Positions 25,863-34,645 of a DNA stretch of 34,645 nucleotides are shown here, piece after piece. This DNA is from a virus (lineage: Duplodnaviria > Caudoviricetes). Each line of letters begins with the position of its first letter. The stretch's first letter is position 1. Position numbers and translations under genes: made by a program. The stretch is taken from the IMG/VR virus record IMGVR_UViG_3300037519_000030, positions 1 through 34,645 of that record; one strand, given 5' to 3'. Below the pieces are notes generated by a model, which made no database searches, had not been told where the DNA came from, and was given only the letters and a program-made list of their open reading frames with translations.

Positions 25863-27500
25863 CTAAAATTGATAATACAAATTAATCGAATCTTCAGTTG
25901 TTATTCTTTGCCCATCTTCTGTCAAGATAAACGGCTCATCATTATTAAGTATCGAAGGCAAGCAATCAGCACTGGTATTGCTGCAAAGAATCTTGCGCAC
26001 CTTCGACTTCTTAAGTGCAAGGTCAACGCTTATCGCTCCCAAGTCATCAGCATCGTTATATTCAACATCGGGAAACTCCCCGTCAATCGGATAGTATAAA
26101 TCGCCATTCACATAGCAGTTATCGTAGTAGAATATTGTACTAAGGAAGTCCAATACATACTCAGGCAATCTACCGAAGGCAAATGTCCACTTCTTCTCGC
26201 GGTCAACGTAGGTGCTTGTCCAACCGCCTGAAGCAAAGCGGAAGTTGTTAACCTCAGTAACATACTGCGCTCTGAACTTGCGCCCTTCAAGTCTTATCGC
26301 AGGAAGGAATGAGCTGCCGCCGAACGCAAGGTTAAACTGGTCTTCTGCGTTGCATCCTTCAATCTTGTAATACTTGCAAGGGTCATTGTAATCTCCGATT
26401 GCAAGCACATCGGTGTACGCATTCCATATAATATCTTCCTCTGCTAACTCAACAGTGATTGCCCTTGTTAGCTCTGCGCTTCCTGCGCTTGGTCCGAACT
26501 GCTCAACTAATATCTGCAATGGTGCGTTGCCTCCTGCAACTATGCTGACTGTCTGACTTCCTGTGCCAGTTATGGAAACTTGGTTAGCTCCTATCACTGC
26601 GTATATGCGCACGTTAGACGCTGACTGAATAAAAATGCTGACGTTATAAGTCAACCCATCACAAAGCTCATTGCCAGTGTTAGAAGTCATTGTTGAATCT
26701 TCAGTAATCAGCACATTGAATAATGCACTGCCCTGCGTTAAGATAGGAGAAACGCTGCCGCCCAATGTCCAACCTTCAACTCCGAACTGCCCCTCCATTA
26801 AGTTGCCATTAAACACATAGCTTTGACCGCAAGTATTAGTGCAGAAGTCAACGAGCGCAAGTCGATAGCAGCCTGCGCCAAGCTCCAAGTCAGTCAGCGC
26901 AAAGCCGCCCGTTATCTTGTTATCCTTTACAGTGTACGTTGGTGCAATCATATCAACTGTTGCAAGCGTCTCCGCATCTACAATTCCAACTCTCATCTGC
27001 TGCACTGAAGCAAGACCATTAACAGTTATGCTCTGAACATCTAAACAACCTATCCAACTTGGCGATTCAAAGATTAAAGTTACGCTGCTTGCCGATACTG
27101 TGGGAGCGTTGAAGTATAGCGTGTATGTTCCTGCCAATGTTATCACCTGAGTTGATGAGCCAACCATACTTACGTTAAGACTCCCCTGCTCTAATGATGG
27201 TACAGTGAACGTAACTTGAAACAGCTCATAGCTGTAATTCATATATAAGTCTAGGATGTAATCACCACCGCTCGGCATAACTGTTGAACAGGCAAGCCCA
27301 TCAACAGGAACTCCCCATCCTCTATCGGCAACATCATAAACATAAAGCTCCGAGCCTTCGCAGGGTGTTGTCTCCACCTGAAAAAATATCTCATCGTTGA
27401 AGTCAACCAACTGCTGATAAGGTGTGCCGCAGCCTTCGCATTGCACCTCGCTTGTCGGGTTAAATATTATCGGTTGGTTTGGTATGGAAGTAAAGCTCAT
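25863..27500 (-). CDS. Putative minor tail/baseplate protein
   Basis: Beta-rich, acidic, two genes after the tape measure; C-terminal ILTEDGQRITTEDSINLYYQF. Confidence 0.6.
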   Translation of the reverse strand: MSFTSIPNQPIIFNPTSEVQCEGCGTPYQQLVDFNDEIFFQVETTPCEGSELYVYDVADRGWGVPVDGLACSTVMPSGGDYILDLYMNYSYELFQVTFTVPSLEQGSLNVSMVGSSTQVITLAGTYTLYFNAPTVSASSVTLIFESPSWIGCLDVQSITVNGLASVQQMRVGIVDAETLATVDMIAPTYTVKDNKITGGFALTDLELGAGCYRLALVDFCTNTCGQSYVFNGNLMEGQFGVEGWTLGGSVSPILTQGSALFNVLITEDSTMTSNTGNELCDGLTYNVSIFIQSASNVRIYAVIGANQVSITGTGSQTVSIVAGGNAPLQILVEQFGPSAGSAELTRAITVELAEEDIIWNAYTDVLAIGDYNDPCKYYKIEGCNAEDQFNLAFGGSSFLPAIRLEGRKFRAQYVTEVNNFRFASGGWTSTYVDREKKWTFAFGRLPEYVLDFLSTIFYYDNCYVNGDLYYPIDGEFPDVEYNDADDLGAISVDLALKKSKVRKILCSNTSADCLPSILNNDEPFILTEDGQRITTEDSINLYYQF

Positions 27501-29494
27501 CGTAGTATCTTGTTTGATTTTAATTCAATAGAAGCATCTTGCTTTATTATGCTCTTAACATTTACATTCTTTATATATCCTTCAATCACTCTCAATGGGT
27601 CATCTGTTCTGCCGAACTTAATCGGCTTGCTCGTGTTGTCCAGTATATCTTCAATCTCCTCCATTCTTAGTGGTCGGTCGAAAGAGTATATAAATCGCTT
27701 TATGCTGTTTGGGTCAACTGGCTGCAACACTTGAGGGAATGGTGTACCAATAGCATCGAACTGAGTGTAATATGTTTCGCTTGTAACTGGGTCAGTCCAA
27801 CTATTTAATATCTCTGCATTAGGTCCAGTAACTTCCGAGCCTCCAAAGATGTTAACAGTCACTTGGTCACCTTGATTGCATATTGTAGTCCAGCTAACTG
27901 TTGTTATTGCTGTAAGTGTAAGTGGGTCGGGTATTACTGGAATAAAATCAGAGTAGCTATCCAACTCAATGCCCGTTCCATTTGACCTTACTATCATTGA
28001 ATAATAACCTAACTCAGCACGACCATCAGCAATGACTGTTGCCGAAAAAGTATATTCGGCAGTATAAGGCACTGTATAAATAATGCCATCAAAGTTACCG
28101 CTTGGGTCAATCAATTCATTTGCAAACTCAATATAAGTTGTTGGAGGTCCTGAAAAAAATGGAGTAAAACAACCAACACTTGGGCAAGAACCGCTAAGCT
28201 CCCAATTCTGTAAAGGGCTTGCATTATCTCTCGCCTGCACCTGAGTGCTGCCAGGAAAGAAGCCCTGCTGATATGAGTAGATGCCGTTTGGATAACCGCC
28301 TACCCAATTAAGCGCAGTCTTTTCATTTGTGTAATCGCCATTGTAAACAGTCTGCCCAATGCTATAAGGGTCAAACTTTCGTGCTAAGCCTTTATTAAGC
28401 GCAACACTCCAAGCCGCCTGAATGATGAACACATTGTTGTTAAAGTTCTCGCTGCCATATCTATAAACATCTTCAATGACATTAGTGTCGAACACTACAT
28501 CGCTGCTATTTAACTTTAAGACATTGCTTGTATTGCATTCACCTAATAGCCCAAAGGTCTCCTCTTTAAATCCTCTAAATGAATCTTGAAAGAATGTGCA
28601 AGGTGCTTCTCCATTATTACATTCGTGCTGCTCTAAGTATGGATTGCTACCAAAGTCTATCGCTGCATATTGCTGCTCTTTATCATACTTTAAAAGTATA
28701 TTAGGCTGGTCGTATAAGTTAACATCAGCACCTAACTGAATGAAGTATGTTGCAAGCTCGATGCGCAGTAATGGTCTGCCGTTTGCCTGCGTTTCAATTA
28801 CCATTCCAAGCCTTAGCTTTTTATTCAAAGCATTATATAAAGACTCAAACGATACAGATGTAGGTACTATGCTCGCATTGAAGATTGATAACCCAACAGT
28901 AACCAAGTCAAAGTTCCCATCAGCAGAATAATCAAAAGCAAACAACGTGCTATCAAAGTCAACAAAGTTATCACTCATACAACTAACCAAGTGTTTAAAC
29001 GCATCGTATATGCTAACTCCGTAAGATGAGTAAAGATAAGCTCCCGTTGCAGGATTAAACATATCAACCTTTCTATAAATCGGAGGTGATACTGGCTGTA
29101 AGTTCTTTGTGATAATGCTATTGAGCGGAAAAGGAATCGCCTTGTTGTTGTTTATCTTGCTGCTAAATGAGTTATCGTATATCTTAGTTGTTACCTCGCA
29201 CCTATCCAAAAGAAAAGTACACTCTGATAAAATTATGTAGCCATTTGTCAATCTCTTAAATACTCCCCCACACTGGTATTGAATCTCAACATTAACCAAT
29301 GAGCAGCCGCCAGTATCAATCAACTCGTTGTATAAGTATTCATAAGCACCGCCAACTAACTTCAAATCATTGTCAAAGGAAACAATGCGCATATTGATTT
29401 CGCTGTTCTCATTTACAGTAACGCCAAAGTCATCTGAGTTAGTCGGCTGCCCTCTATCAGCTCCATCAATTAAAAACTTTAAATCTACTGCCAT
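27497..29494 (-). CDS. Putative tail tip/hub protein with a C1q-like insertion
   Basis: Directly after the tape measure; FDGIIYTVPYTAEYTFSATV. Confidence 0.6.
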   Translation of the reverse strand: MAVDLKFLIDGADRGQPTNSDDFGVTVNENSEINMRIVSFDNDLKLVGGAYEYLYNELIDTGGCSLVNVEIQYQCGGVFKRLTNGYIILSECTFLLDRCEVTTKIYDNSFSSKINNNKAIPFPLNSIITKNLQPVSPPIYRKVDMFNPATGAYLYSSYGVSIYDAFKHLVSCMSDNFVDFDSTLFAFDYSADGNFDLVTVGLSIFNASIVPTSVSFESLYNALNKKLRLGMVIETQANGRPLLRIELATYFIQLGADVNLYDQPNILLKYDKEQQYAAIDFGSNPYLEQHECNNGEAPCTFFQDSFRGFKEETFGLLGECNTSNVLKLNSSDVVFDTNVIEDVYRYGSENFNNNVFIIQAAWSVALNKGLARKFDPYSIGQTVYNGDYTNEKTALNWVGGYPNGIYSYQQGFFPGSTQVQARDNASPLQNWELSGSCPSVGCFTPFFSGPPTTYIEFANELIDPSGNFDGIIYTVPYTAEYTFSATVIADGRAELGYYSMIVRSNGTGIELDSYSDFIPVIPDPLTLTAITTVSWTTICNQGDQVTVNIFGGSEVTGPNAEILNSWTDPVTSETYYTQFDAIGTPFPQVLQPVDPNSIKRFIYSFDRPLRMEEIEDILDNTSKPIKFGRTDDPLRVIEGYIKNVNVKSIIKQDASIELKSNKILR

Positions 29495-31953
29495 AAGTAC
29501 CTTGAATCTTGTTGGTTGATATTGATTACTACGTTGCGATTCTTTAAGTCCTTGCGCATTCCTTTTATCTCCTTCTCCATACTCTTGCTGTTAAGTGATG
29601 CGTTAACTGTTACCCCTTGCTTATTGCGATTTCCTGCCACGTAATCCATCAACGCTGGTCTTACATATCTTTGCTCAATTAACTTTCTAAACGCATCGCT
29701 TGAGCTGTTAATCGCATCAAGCTCGCCGCGATGTCTAATACTCTGCCTTCTGTTTACAATGTACTCATCGCGCTCCGCTTCGACCATTGTGCCTCCGCCG
29801 CTGTGCAACCTTCCTCCAACTACACCGCCTCGCTCGAACTTTGGTATTGGCTTAGCGATTGCCGCTGCTAATTGTACTGCTCCTAATGCAGCAGCGAATA
29901 TGATTGCAGGAATACTTGCAGGTGGTCCGAGTGCATTAGCTTTAGCAATTGCCTGAGCTGTGCTTATTGCAATTTGGAATATTGCAAGTGCCTTGTCTTG
30001 CTTAGCTTGCTTTGTTTTCTCTGCTGCTATCCTTGCGTTAGTTCTTTTCTCTAAATCTTCGCGCTGCTTTGCTTTATCTCTTTCAAGTGCATTAGATGAG
30101 TTGATTGCTTGTAGCTCAGTTTCGCTTTGTGCTGTGATGTCGGAAATTCTATTCTCAGTTAGCTGCTTGCTTAGGTTGTTAACTTCATTAAACAATGCAA
30201 CTACTTGGGATGCGTATTCAGATGCAGTTTCGATTCGCTTATCGGTCTCCTTTTTATTCTCCTCTGTAATAGCTGCTTGCGTTTCAGCATTAATCAATTC
30301 AATCTCGCTGGCGTTACCTTTAGCCGCTGCAACTCTTTTCTTACCATCCGCTTCAATCAACTTGATGCGATTCTCTAAACTGCTGCCCTCAGTTATCTCA
30401 AGCGTCTTTAGCTTATTTATCTCATCGTTGAGCGTTTGGTCTGCAATGTCAGCTCTCGCTTTGCCAATTAGCGGTGCATACTTCTTAATTATCTTTAGCT
30501 TTTCTTCTTCTACATCATCAGTAGCCTCAAGCTCGATTGCAAACTGAGCCTCAAGTGCTGTAAGTTGTTGTTGCAATGTTGCATCATCGGCAGCAGCAAC
30601 AGCATCAAGTTGCTCTTTAAGTGCCTCCTCTCTTTCTTTGTTTATCCTATCATTAACCTCATTACCTAATGCAACTCGTTTCTTAAGCCTATCAATATCT
30701 TCTTTTTGCCTTTCTTCTATATCTTTCTTTTCCTTCTCAGCAGCTTTCTTAATTGCTTCTGCTGCGGCATTTGCCGCTTCAATCCTTGCAACTTTTATTT
30801 TTGACTCTCTATCTAAAACCTCTTGCTGCAATTCAAATATTATCTCGCTTGCTTCTTCGGCAGGTCTATTCAAAGATTTTAATGTTGTCTCAATTACGCT
30901 CTGCTTCTTCTTAGCAAAATCAATAAGTATCTGCTCGCGCTCAATCTCTAATTTAGTTGTGTCTTTGTTGGATGCCTTTAGCAAATCAATCTGCCTTGTG
31001 ATAGAAGACTCGCGAGCTTTAACTTTTCTTTTTTCCTGCTCAACTAACTTCTCAAATACATTTGGATTTTGCTCTTGTTCTTGAATACCAAAGAATTCCT
31101 TAGTCTTATCAATTACTTCTCCAACCCCTTTTGCAAATCCTTCAAGTCCAGGTATGGCATTAAACGCAAATTGCTTCACCTTATCGAAATTCTCAACTAA
31201 AGCAATCAAACCAATAACAAGCAAACCGACTCCAGTTGCAGCAAGTGCAAGCCTGAATACTTTCATTGCTCCAGTTGATGCGCCAACTACTGTGGTAAAT
31301 GCACCTTGTGCAGCTGTTAGCGCAAATGTTCTTGCAGTAAGCACAGCGGTCTTAACTGCGTTCTCCTCTTTAATCAATGCGCTTAGCTGCTGCACCGAGT
31401 TAGCCACCGCCGTTGCTGCGGTAATCTTAACCAATGCTTTTTGCAAATCTTCGTTCTCCTCGCCAAATAATGCCGCTGCACCTTGCGCAAGCTCGAAGCC
31501 TGAAGCGAGTGCCTGCGTTGCACCGACTGCCGCATCGAACTTAAAAGTGTCAGATGCAAGTATCTTTACTCGCGCTCTTGTATCACCTATTTGGTCTTCT
31601 AACTTTGCCGCCGCAATAAGCAACTTATTGAAAGCATCAGTACCTTCTTGCCCTGCAATCTCTAATGCGCTTAGCTCCTGCTTCAACCCTCTTAGCTGAC
31701 CAGTTAAACTCTTGCCCGACTTGCCGACATTATCAATCGCCTTCGCTTGGTTGTCGAGTGCCTTCTTAGCCTGCCCACCGCTAAACGCCGCCGCAAAAGA
31801 GTTGGCAATGCCAGTGTACTCCTTCTTTACTTTAGCCGCTGAGTCCTGCGCTCCCTGCACAACCTTGTCATTGATTTGGTTTATCTCATTGACTGTTGCC
31901 TTGAGGCTCGTGGTTTCCGCCTCGTATGCGACTTGAATCGTAGCTGTTGCCAT
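29485..31953 (-). CDS. Tail tape measure protein
   Basis: 822 aa, Ala-rich and helical, with hydrophobic segments (LALAATGVGLLVIGLIALV) and a PKFERGGVVGG...HSGGG C-terminus. Confidence 0.9.
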   Translation of the reverse strand: MATATIQVAYEAETTSLKATVNEINQINDKVVQGAQDSAAKVKKEYTGIANSFAAAFSGGQAKKALDNQAKAIDNVGKSGKSLTGQLRGLKQELSALEIAGQEGTDAFNKLLIAAAKLEDQIGDTRARVKILASDTFKFDAAVGATQALASGFELAQGAAALFGEENEDLQKALVKITAATAVANSVQQLSALIKEENAVKTAVLTARTFALTAAQGAFTTVVGASTGAMKVFRLALAATGVGLLVIGLIALVENFDKVKQFAFNAIPGLEGFAKGVGEVIDKTKEFFGIQEQEQNPNVFEKLVEQEKRKVKARESSITRQIDLLKASNKDTTKLEIEREQILIDFAKKKQSVIETTLKSLNRPAEEASEIIFELQQEVLDRESKIKVARIEAANAAAEAIKKAAEKEKKDIEERQKEDIDRLKKRVALGNEVNDRINKEREEALKEQLDAVAAADDATLQQQLTALEAQFAIELEATDDVEEEKLKIIKKYAPLIGKARADIADQTLNDEINKLKTLEITEGSSLENRIKLIEADGKKRVAAAKGNASEIELINAETQAAITEENKKETDKRIETASEYASQVVALFNEVNNLSKQLTENRISDITAQSETELQAINSSNALERDKAKQREDLEKRTNARIAAEKTKQAKQDKALAIFQIAISTAQAIAKANALGPPASIPAIIFAAALGAVQLAAAIAKPIPKFERGGVVGGRLHSGGGTMVEAERDEYIVNRRQSIRHRGELDAINSSSDAFRKLIEQRYVRPALMDYVAGNRNKQGVTVNASLNSKSMEKEIKGMRKDLKNRNVVININQQDSRYLWQ

Positions 31954-32240
31954 TACTTCTGTGCTTTAATATTCGCCTCAAATTTACGCAAATAAAAATC
32001 AATATCAGCACGCATCAATTCATTATACTCAATTGCGCTGCCACCACTGAGAATCATACACTGGTCCTTTAAGTGGTCTGCTGCTTTCGCCGCTCGGTAT
32101 CGCGGTGAGTATTTAATCGGAAGATTGTCTCTTTGAGCTTTCGCTGCGCTATTAGGTTGTACTCCCAAAGCGTCTGAAAGTCTTCGGGAGACATAGTGAA
32201 CAAGGGCATCAGCGGAGCGATACCCAAGTTGTAAAAAAAA
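31953..32240 (-). CDS. Tail assembly chaperone frameshifted (T-like) segment
   Basis: The -1 frame is open from the T8 run at 32240 to the stop overlapping the tape measure ATG. Confidence 0.6.
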   Translation of the reverse strand, partial: FFLQLGYRSADALVHYVSRRLSDALGVQPNSAAKAQRDNLPIKYSPRYRAAKAADHLKDQCMILSGGSAIEYNELMRADIDFYLRKFEANIKAQK

Positions 32241-32701
32241 TCTTTCGCACCTCCCTTGCTCAACTTCTCAAATACTTGCAACTTCTGCTCGTGTATATCA
32301 ATGTTCACTGCCGCAGGGTTCTCATCTTCGCGCACTATCCAAGTAGCTGCAATGTTAAGCAAGATGTCGCGGTGAATGACAGTGTCTTGCCTTTCGCGTA
32401 TGATGTGAATGTAAGCAGCAACGAGCGCAGCATTCTTTGCGTTGCTCAAGCCTGCACCTAATGCTTTCTCCATTCCTTCAAGTATCAGCTCCATCTCAGT
32501 GCCTGAGATACCGCAGCTTAATCGCTCAAGCAACCCCATCGACATACTAAACCGCTCCAAAGGTAGATTAAGTTCCTTCGGGAAGCGATAGTATGTATGC
32601 CCTTCGTGCTCGAATACTTTTACTAAGTTGTACTCCGACTTCTTTTGCTTACTGCGGAAGATAGAGCGCACTTGCTCTTTTAATTTGTTTATGTACTTCA
32701 T
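32069..32701 (-). CDS. Putative tail assembly chaperone (G-like)
   Basis: Upstream of the tape measure; contains the slippery GAT TTT TTT TAC. Confidence 0.65.
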   Translation of the reverse strand: MKYINKLKEQVRSIFRSKQKKSEYNLVKVFEHEGHTYYRFPKELNLPLERFSMSMGLLERLSCGISGTEMELILEGMEKALGAGLSNAKNAALVAAYIHIIRERQDTVIHRDILLNIAATWIVREDENPAAVNIDIHEQKLQVFEKLSKGGAKDFFYNLGIAPLMPLFTMSPEDFQTLWEYNLIAQRKLKETIFRLNTHRDTERRKQQTT

Positions 32702-32906
32702 TGATTGATTCTTTTATTTGCAATTCATTAGCGTTGGACATCTTTACAATTGTGCTTCTGCCATCGTGGAAGATATACATAATCTCATTTAAGTTTACAA
32801 TTATATCAGTGTATCCAAGCTCCTCCGTTGTTAACTCTTGCAACTGCTCATCCTCAGTGTCCATAAACTGAATTAGCTTAGTATGAACGTGGATAAAGCC
32901 TGCCAT
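32649..32906 (-). CDS. Hypothetical protein
   Basis: ATG 2 nt after the upstream stop; IIVNLNEIMYI...STIVKMSN...IKESINEV. Confidence 0.65.
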   Translation of the reverse strand: MAGFIHVHTKLIQFMDTEDEQLQELTTEELGYTDIIVNLNEIMYIFHDGRSTIVKMSNANELQIKESINEVHKQIKRASALYLPQ

Positions 32907-32908
32907 CG

Positions 32909-33115
32909 CTACCAGTAACCAAATGGACACTGCGCATCTTCTACTCTCGTCTTTGCAGGCAGGAAGCAGCCGCACTCGTTGCAAGCATTTAGCTTCTTGT
33001 TCTTATGTTGGCATAAGTTGCATATCGCAGTTCGCGGCTTGCTCAGCTCAGTCTTCTTCTTGTTACTGGTAACATAGTACCACCAACCTTCAACTATTGC
33101 AAATATCCTGCTCAT
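32909..33115 (-). CDS. Cys-rich protein (DUF6171-like)
   Basis: RTAICNLC...CNECGCFLPAKTR....CPFGYW. Confidence 0.7.
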   Translation of the reverse strand: MSRIFAIVEGWWYYVTSNKKKTELSKPRTAICNLCQHKNKKLNACNECGCFLPAKTRVEDAQCPFGYW

Positions 33116-33426
33116 TGTATCAATGCAGCTGAGAATGATATACACTTGTAGATATCGCCATCGATTGTGATGTCTTCCTGCGTTTGTTGCCCTGCGGTTA
33201 ATGTTACCCATATCGTATAACCTTGCATCGGGTCAAGGCTCAGCCCTTCAATAGTTATGTTGCCGCCTTCATCGCTCTCCGCTTCAATCATCATTATGTT
33301 GCCAGTAGCATTGTGCTGCACCCATACGAAGTATTCGGTATCAGGCTCAACAGCTCCGAAGGTAAAAGTACCTAAGCACGCATCGATGTAGTTGCCTGCA
33401 TTGTAACAAGGTGTGCATACGCTCAT
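33112..33426 (-). CDS. Hypothetical acidic beta-rich protein
   Basis: ATGA-coupled to terL and to the next gene. Confidence 0.65.
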   Translation of the reverse strand: MSVCTPCYNAGNYIDACLGTFTFGAVEPDTEYFVWVQHNATGNIMMIEAESDEGGNITIEGLSLDPMQGYTIWVTLTAGQQTQEDITIDGDIYKCISFSAALIQ

Positions 33427-34645
33427 AAGTATCTCTTTAAAATTGCATTGACAAAGTAACGAAAACAATCTAAGAAATCTGCACGCTCAGATAATATTTT
33501 TCTATTGCTCTTGATGATGCTGCCGTTGCTATCGCACTGCACTTGCTTTGCATCGAACACGAAGCCCTTGCACTTTACTGAGTTAGCCCTGATGTCGAGC
33601 TTACGAAGCGCAGCATTGCAATCGATGCGGCTGTTGTAGTGGGTAGGGTTAGCAGGAATGATTATCTGTGAATCGCTGAGGTGCAATCTTCTTTTGATTT
33701 GAGTGTATGCGCTTGAGTTGTCTCTCTGCTGCACTGTGCCGCCCTTACCCATCGCATCGCCAGTTATCCGCAGCAAGCCCATAGGTATGCCCATCCTTTC
33801 GATGTAATCGCAGAACGCATCAACGCTTCCCTTATCAATCTTTATCTCATCGACCACCACGCAGCCTCTTGGCAGTTGTTGGATCACAAGTGCGCAGAGT
33901 GGGTTGATGTTGAAATCGACACTTACGAAGATAGGGATGTTCTTGTTCAGCGCAATGCTATCATCAATGTGCTTCTCATCCTGCCACTCGTATAAGAACG
34001 GATTGGCAACATCATCTAAGATATCCCAATCGCCCTCAACGAATCTTTGATATTGGACTGGAGGTAACTCGCGCAAGCTCTCAAGGTATTCGGCAGGGAT
34101 GTGCGGATTGTCAGTTATCTTACTCGGTATGTAGCTCCAACGCTCAGGCAAGCTGCCATCGCGGTATCTATCATAGATAACGCTCTTGACCCAGTTGTTA
34201 GCAGGGTTGCAAGTCGCCAAGCAAACAATCGGAGGCTTGCCGTGCGCCTTGTTCCACGATCCGATTCGCTCCTGCACCTTATAGAAGGTCGGCTCTTGCA
34301 GCTCGTTTACCTCATCAAGCCCTGCGCCGTTTACTTCCAATCCTCTAAAGCGGTTAAGGTCCTTATCCTCATCAAAGCTCTCAGCCATAAAGATAAGCTC
34401 GCTGCCGTTGTTGAATGTAACGACATTGGTGTCTCTGTTCCAACTTCTGATGTGCGCATTTAGCCCATCACCAAGCAGTCCAGTGAATGAGGGAAACGTG
34501 GTGCGCTTTAAGTCAGGTAAACTCTTGCGGATAATTACCCACCTTGAGCCGCCGTAAGCTAAAGCCAAGTGAGACAAGGTAAGAAGTAGCCAATACGTCT
34601 TACCCCCCCTTATACTTCCTCCGAATACTATTACGCGATAGTTTG
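33423..34645 (-). CDS. terL: Terminase large subunit, 3' part (full length 425 aa across the join)
   Basis: Walker B AGLDEVNE, ATCNP, DNPHI, EGDW, nuclease VSVDFNINP and DFLDCFRY. Confidence 0.93.
   Translation of the reverse strand, partial: NYRVIVFGGSIRGGKTYWLLLTLSHLALAYGGSRWVIIRKSLPDLKRTTFPSFTGLLGDGLNAHIRSWNRDTNVVTFNNGSELIFMAESFDEDKDLNRFRGLEVNGAGLDEVNELQEPTFYKVQERIGSWNKAHGKPPIVCLATCNPANNWVKSVIYDRYRDGSLPERWSYIPSKITDNPHIPAEYLESLRELPPVQYQRFVEGDWDILDDVANPFLYEWQDEKHIDDSIALNKNIPIFVSVDFNINPLCALVIQQLPRGCVVVDEIKIDKGSVDAFCDYIERMGIPMGLLRITGDAMGKGGTVQQRDNSSAYTQIKRRLHLSDSQIIIPANPTHYNSRIDCNAALRKLDIRANSVKCKGFVFDAKQVQCDSNGSIIKSNRKILSERADFLDCFRYFVNAILKRYL
34506..34645. repeat. Terminal direct repeat, copy 2
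   Basis: 138/140 identical to 1-140. Confidence 0.97.

Noticed and set aside
29759-31936. Long plus-strand ORFs opposite the tape measure, and similar ones elsewhere
   Set aside because: Antisense shadows of codon-biased genes, with no promoter or motif support.

Overview
The window is an apparently complete, circularly permuted ~34.5 kb tailed-phage genome. Bases 1-140 repeat at 34506-34645 and the large terminase gene runs across that join. The probable host is a Bacteroidota bacterium: TAnnTTTG promoters, A-rich translation starts without Shine-Dalgarno motifs, and a BT4734/PriCT-2/VirE primase-helicase. Nearly all genes are on the minus strand, in this order: terminase, tail chaperones, tape measure, tail tip, tail tube, glycosyltransferase and methyltransferase, portal, minor head, a plus-strand three-gene island, scaffold, major capsid, neck, fibre, lysis, then early recombination/replication genes. 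No integrase, tRNA or CRISPR array was seen. The most notable observations are: (1) a PAS + HisKA protein with no ATPase domain and no partner response regulator, inside the lysis cassette; (2) a predicted -1 frameshift adding an 8-residue-periodic acidic peptide to the major capsid protein, matching the C-terminus of a tail protein; (3) a shared, covarying 24-nt motif in the leaders of the capsid and tail-tube genes; (4) a glycosyltransferase/methyltransferase pair inside the virion operon; (5) an early-gene island with a copied promoter and a synonymous recombination scar; (6) an iteron-like plus (GT)n candidate origin. Product calls come from motif recognition and gene order only; no database searches were run.
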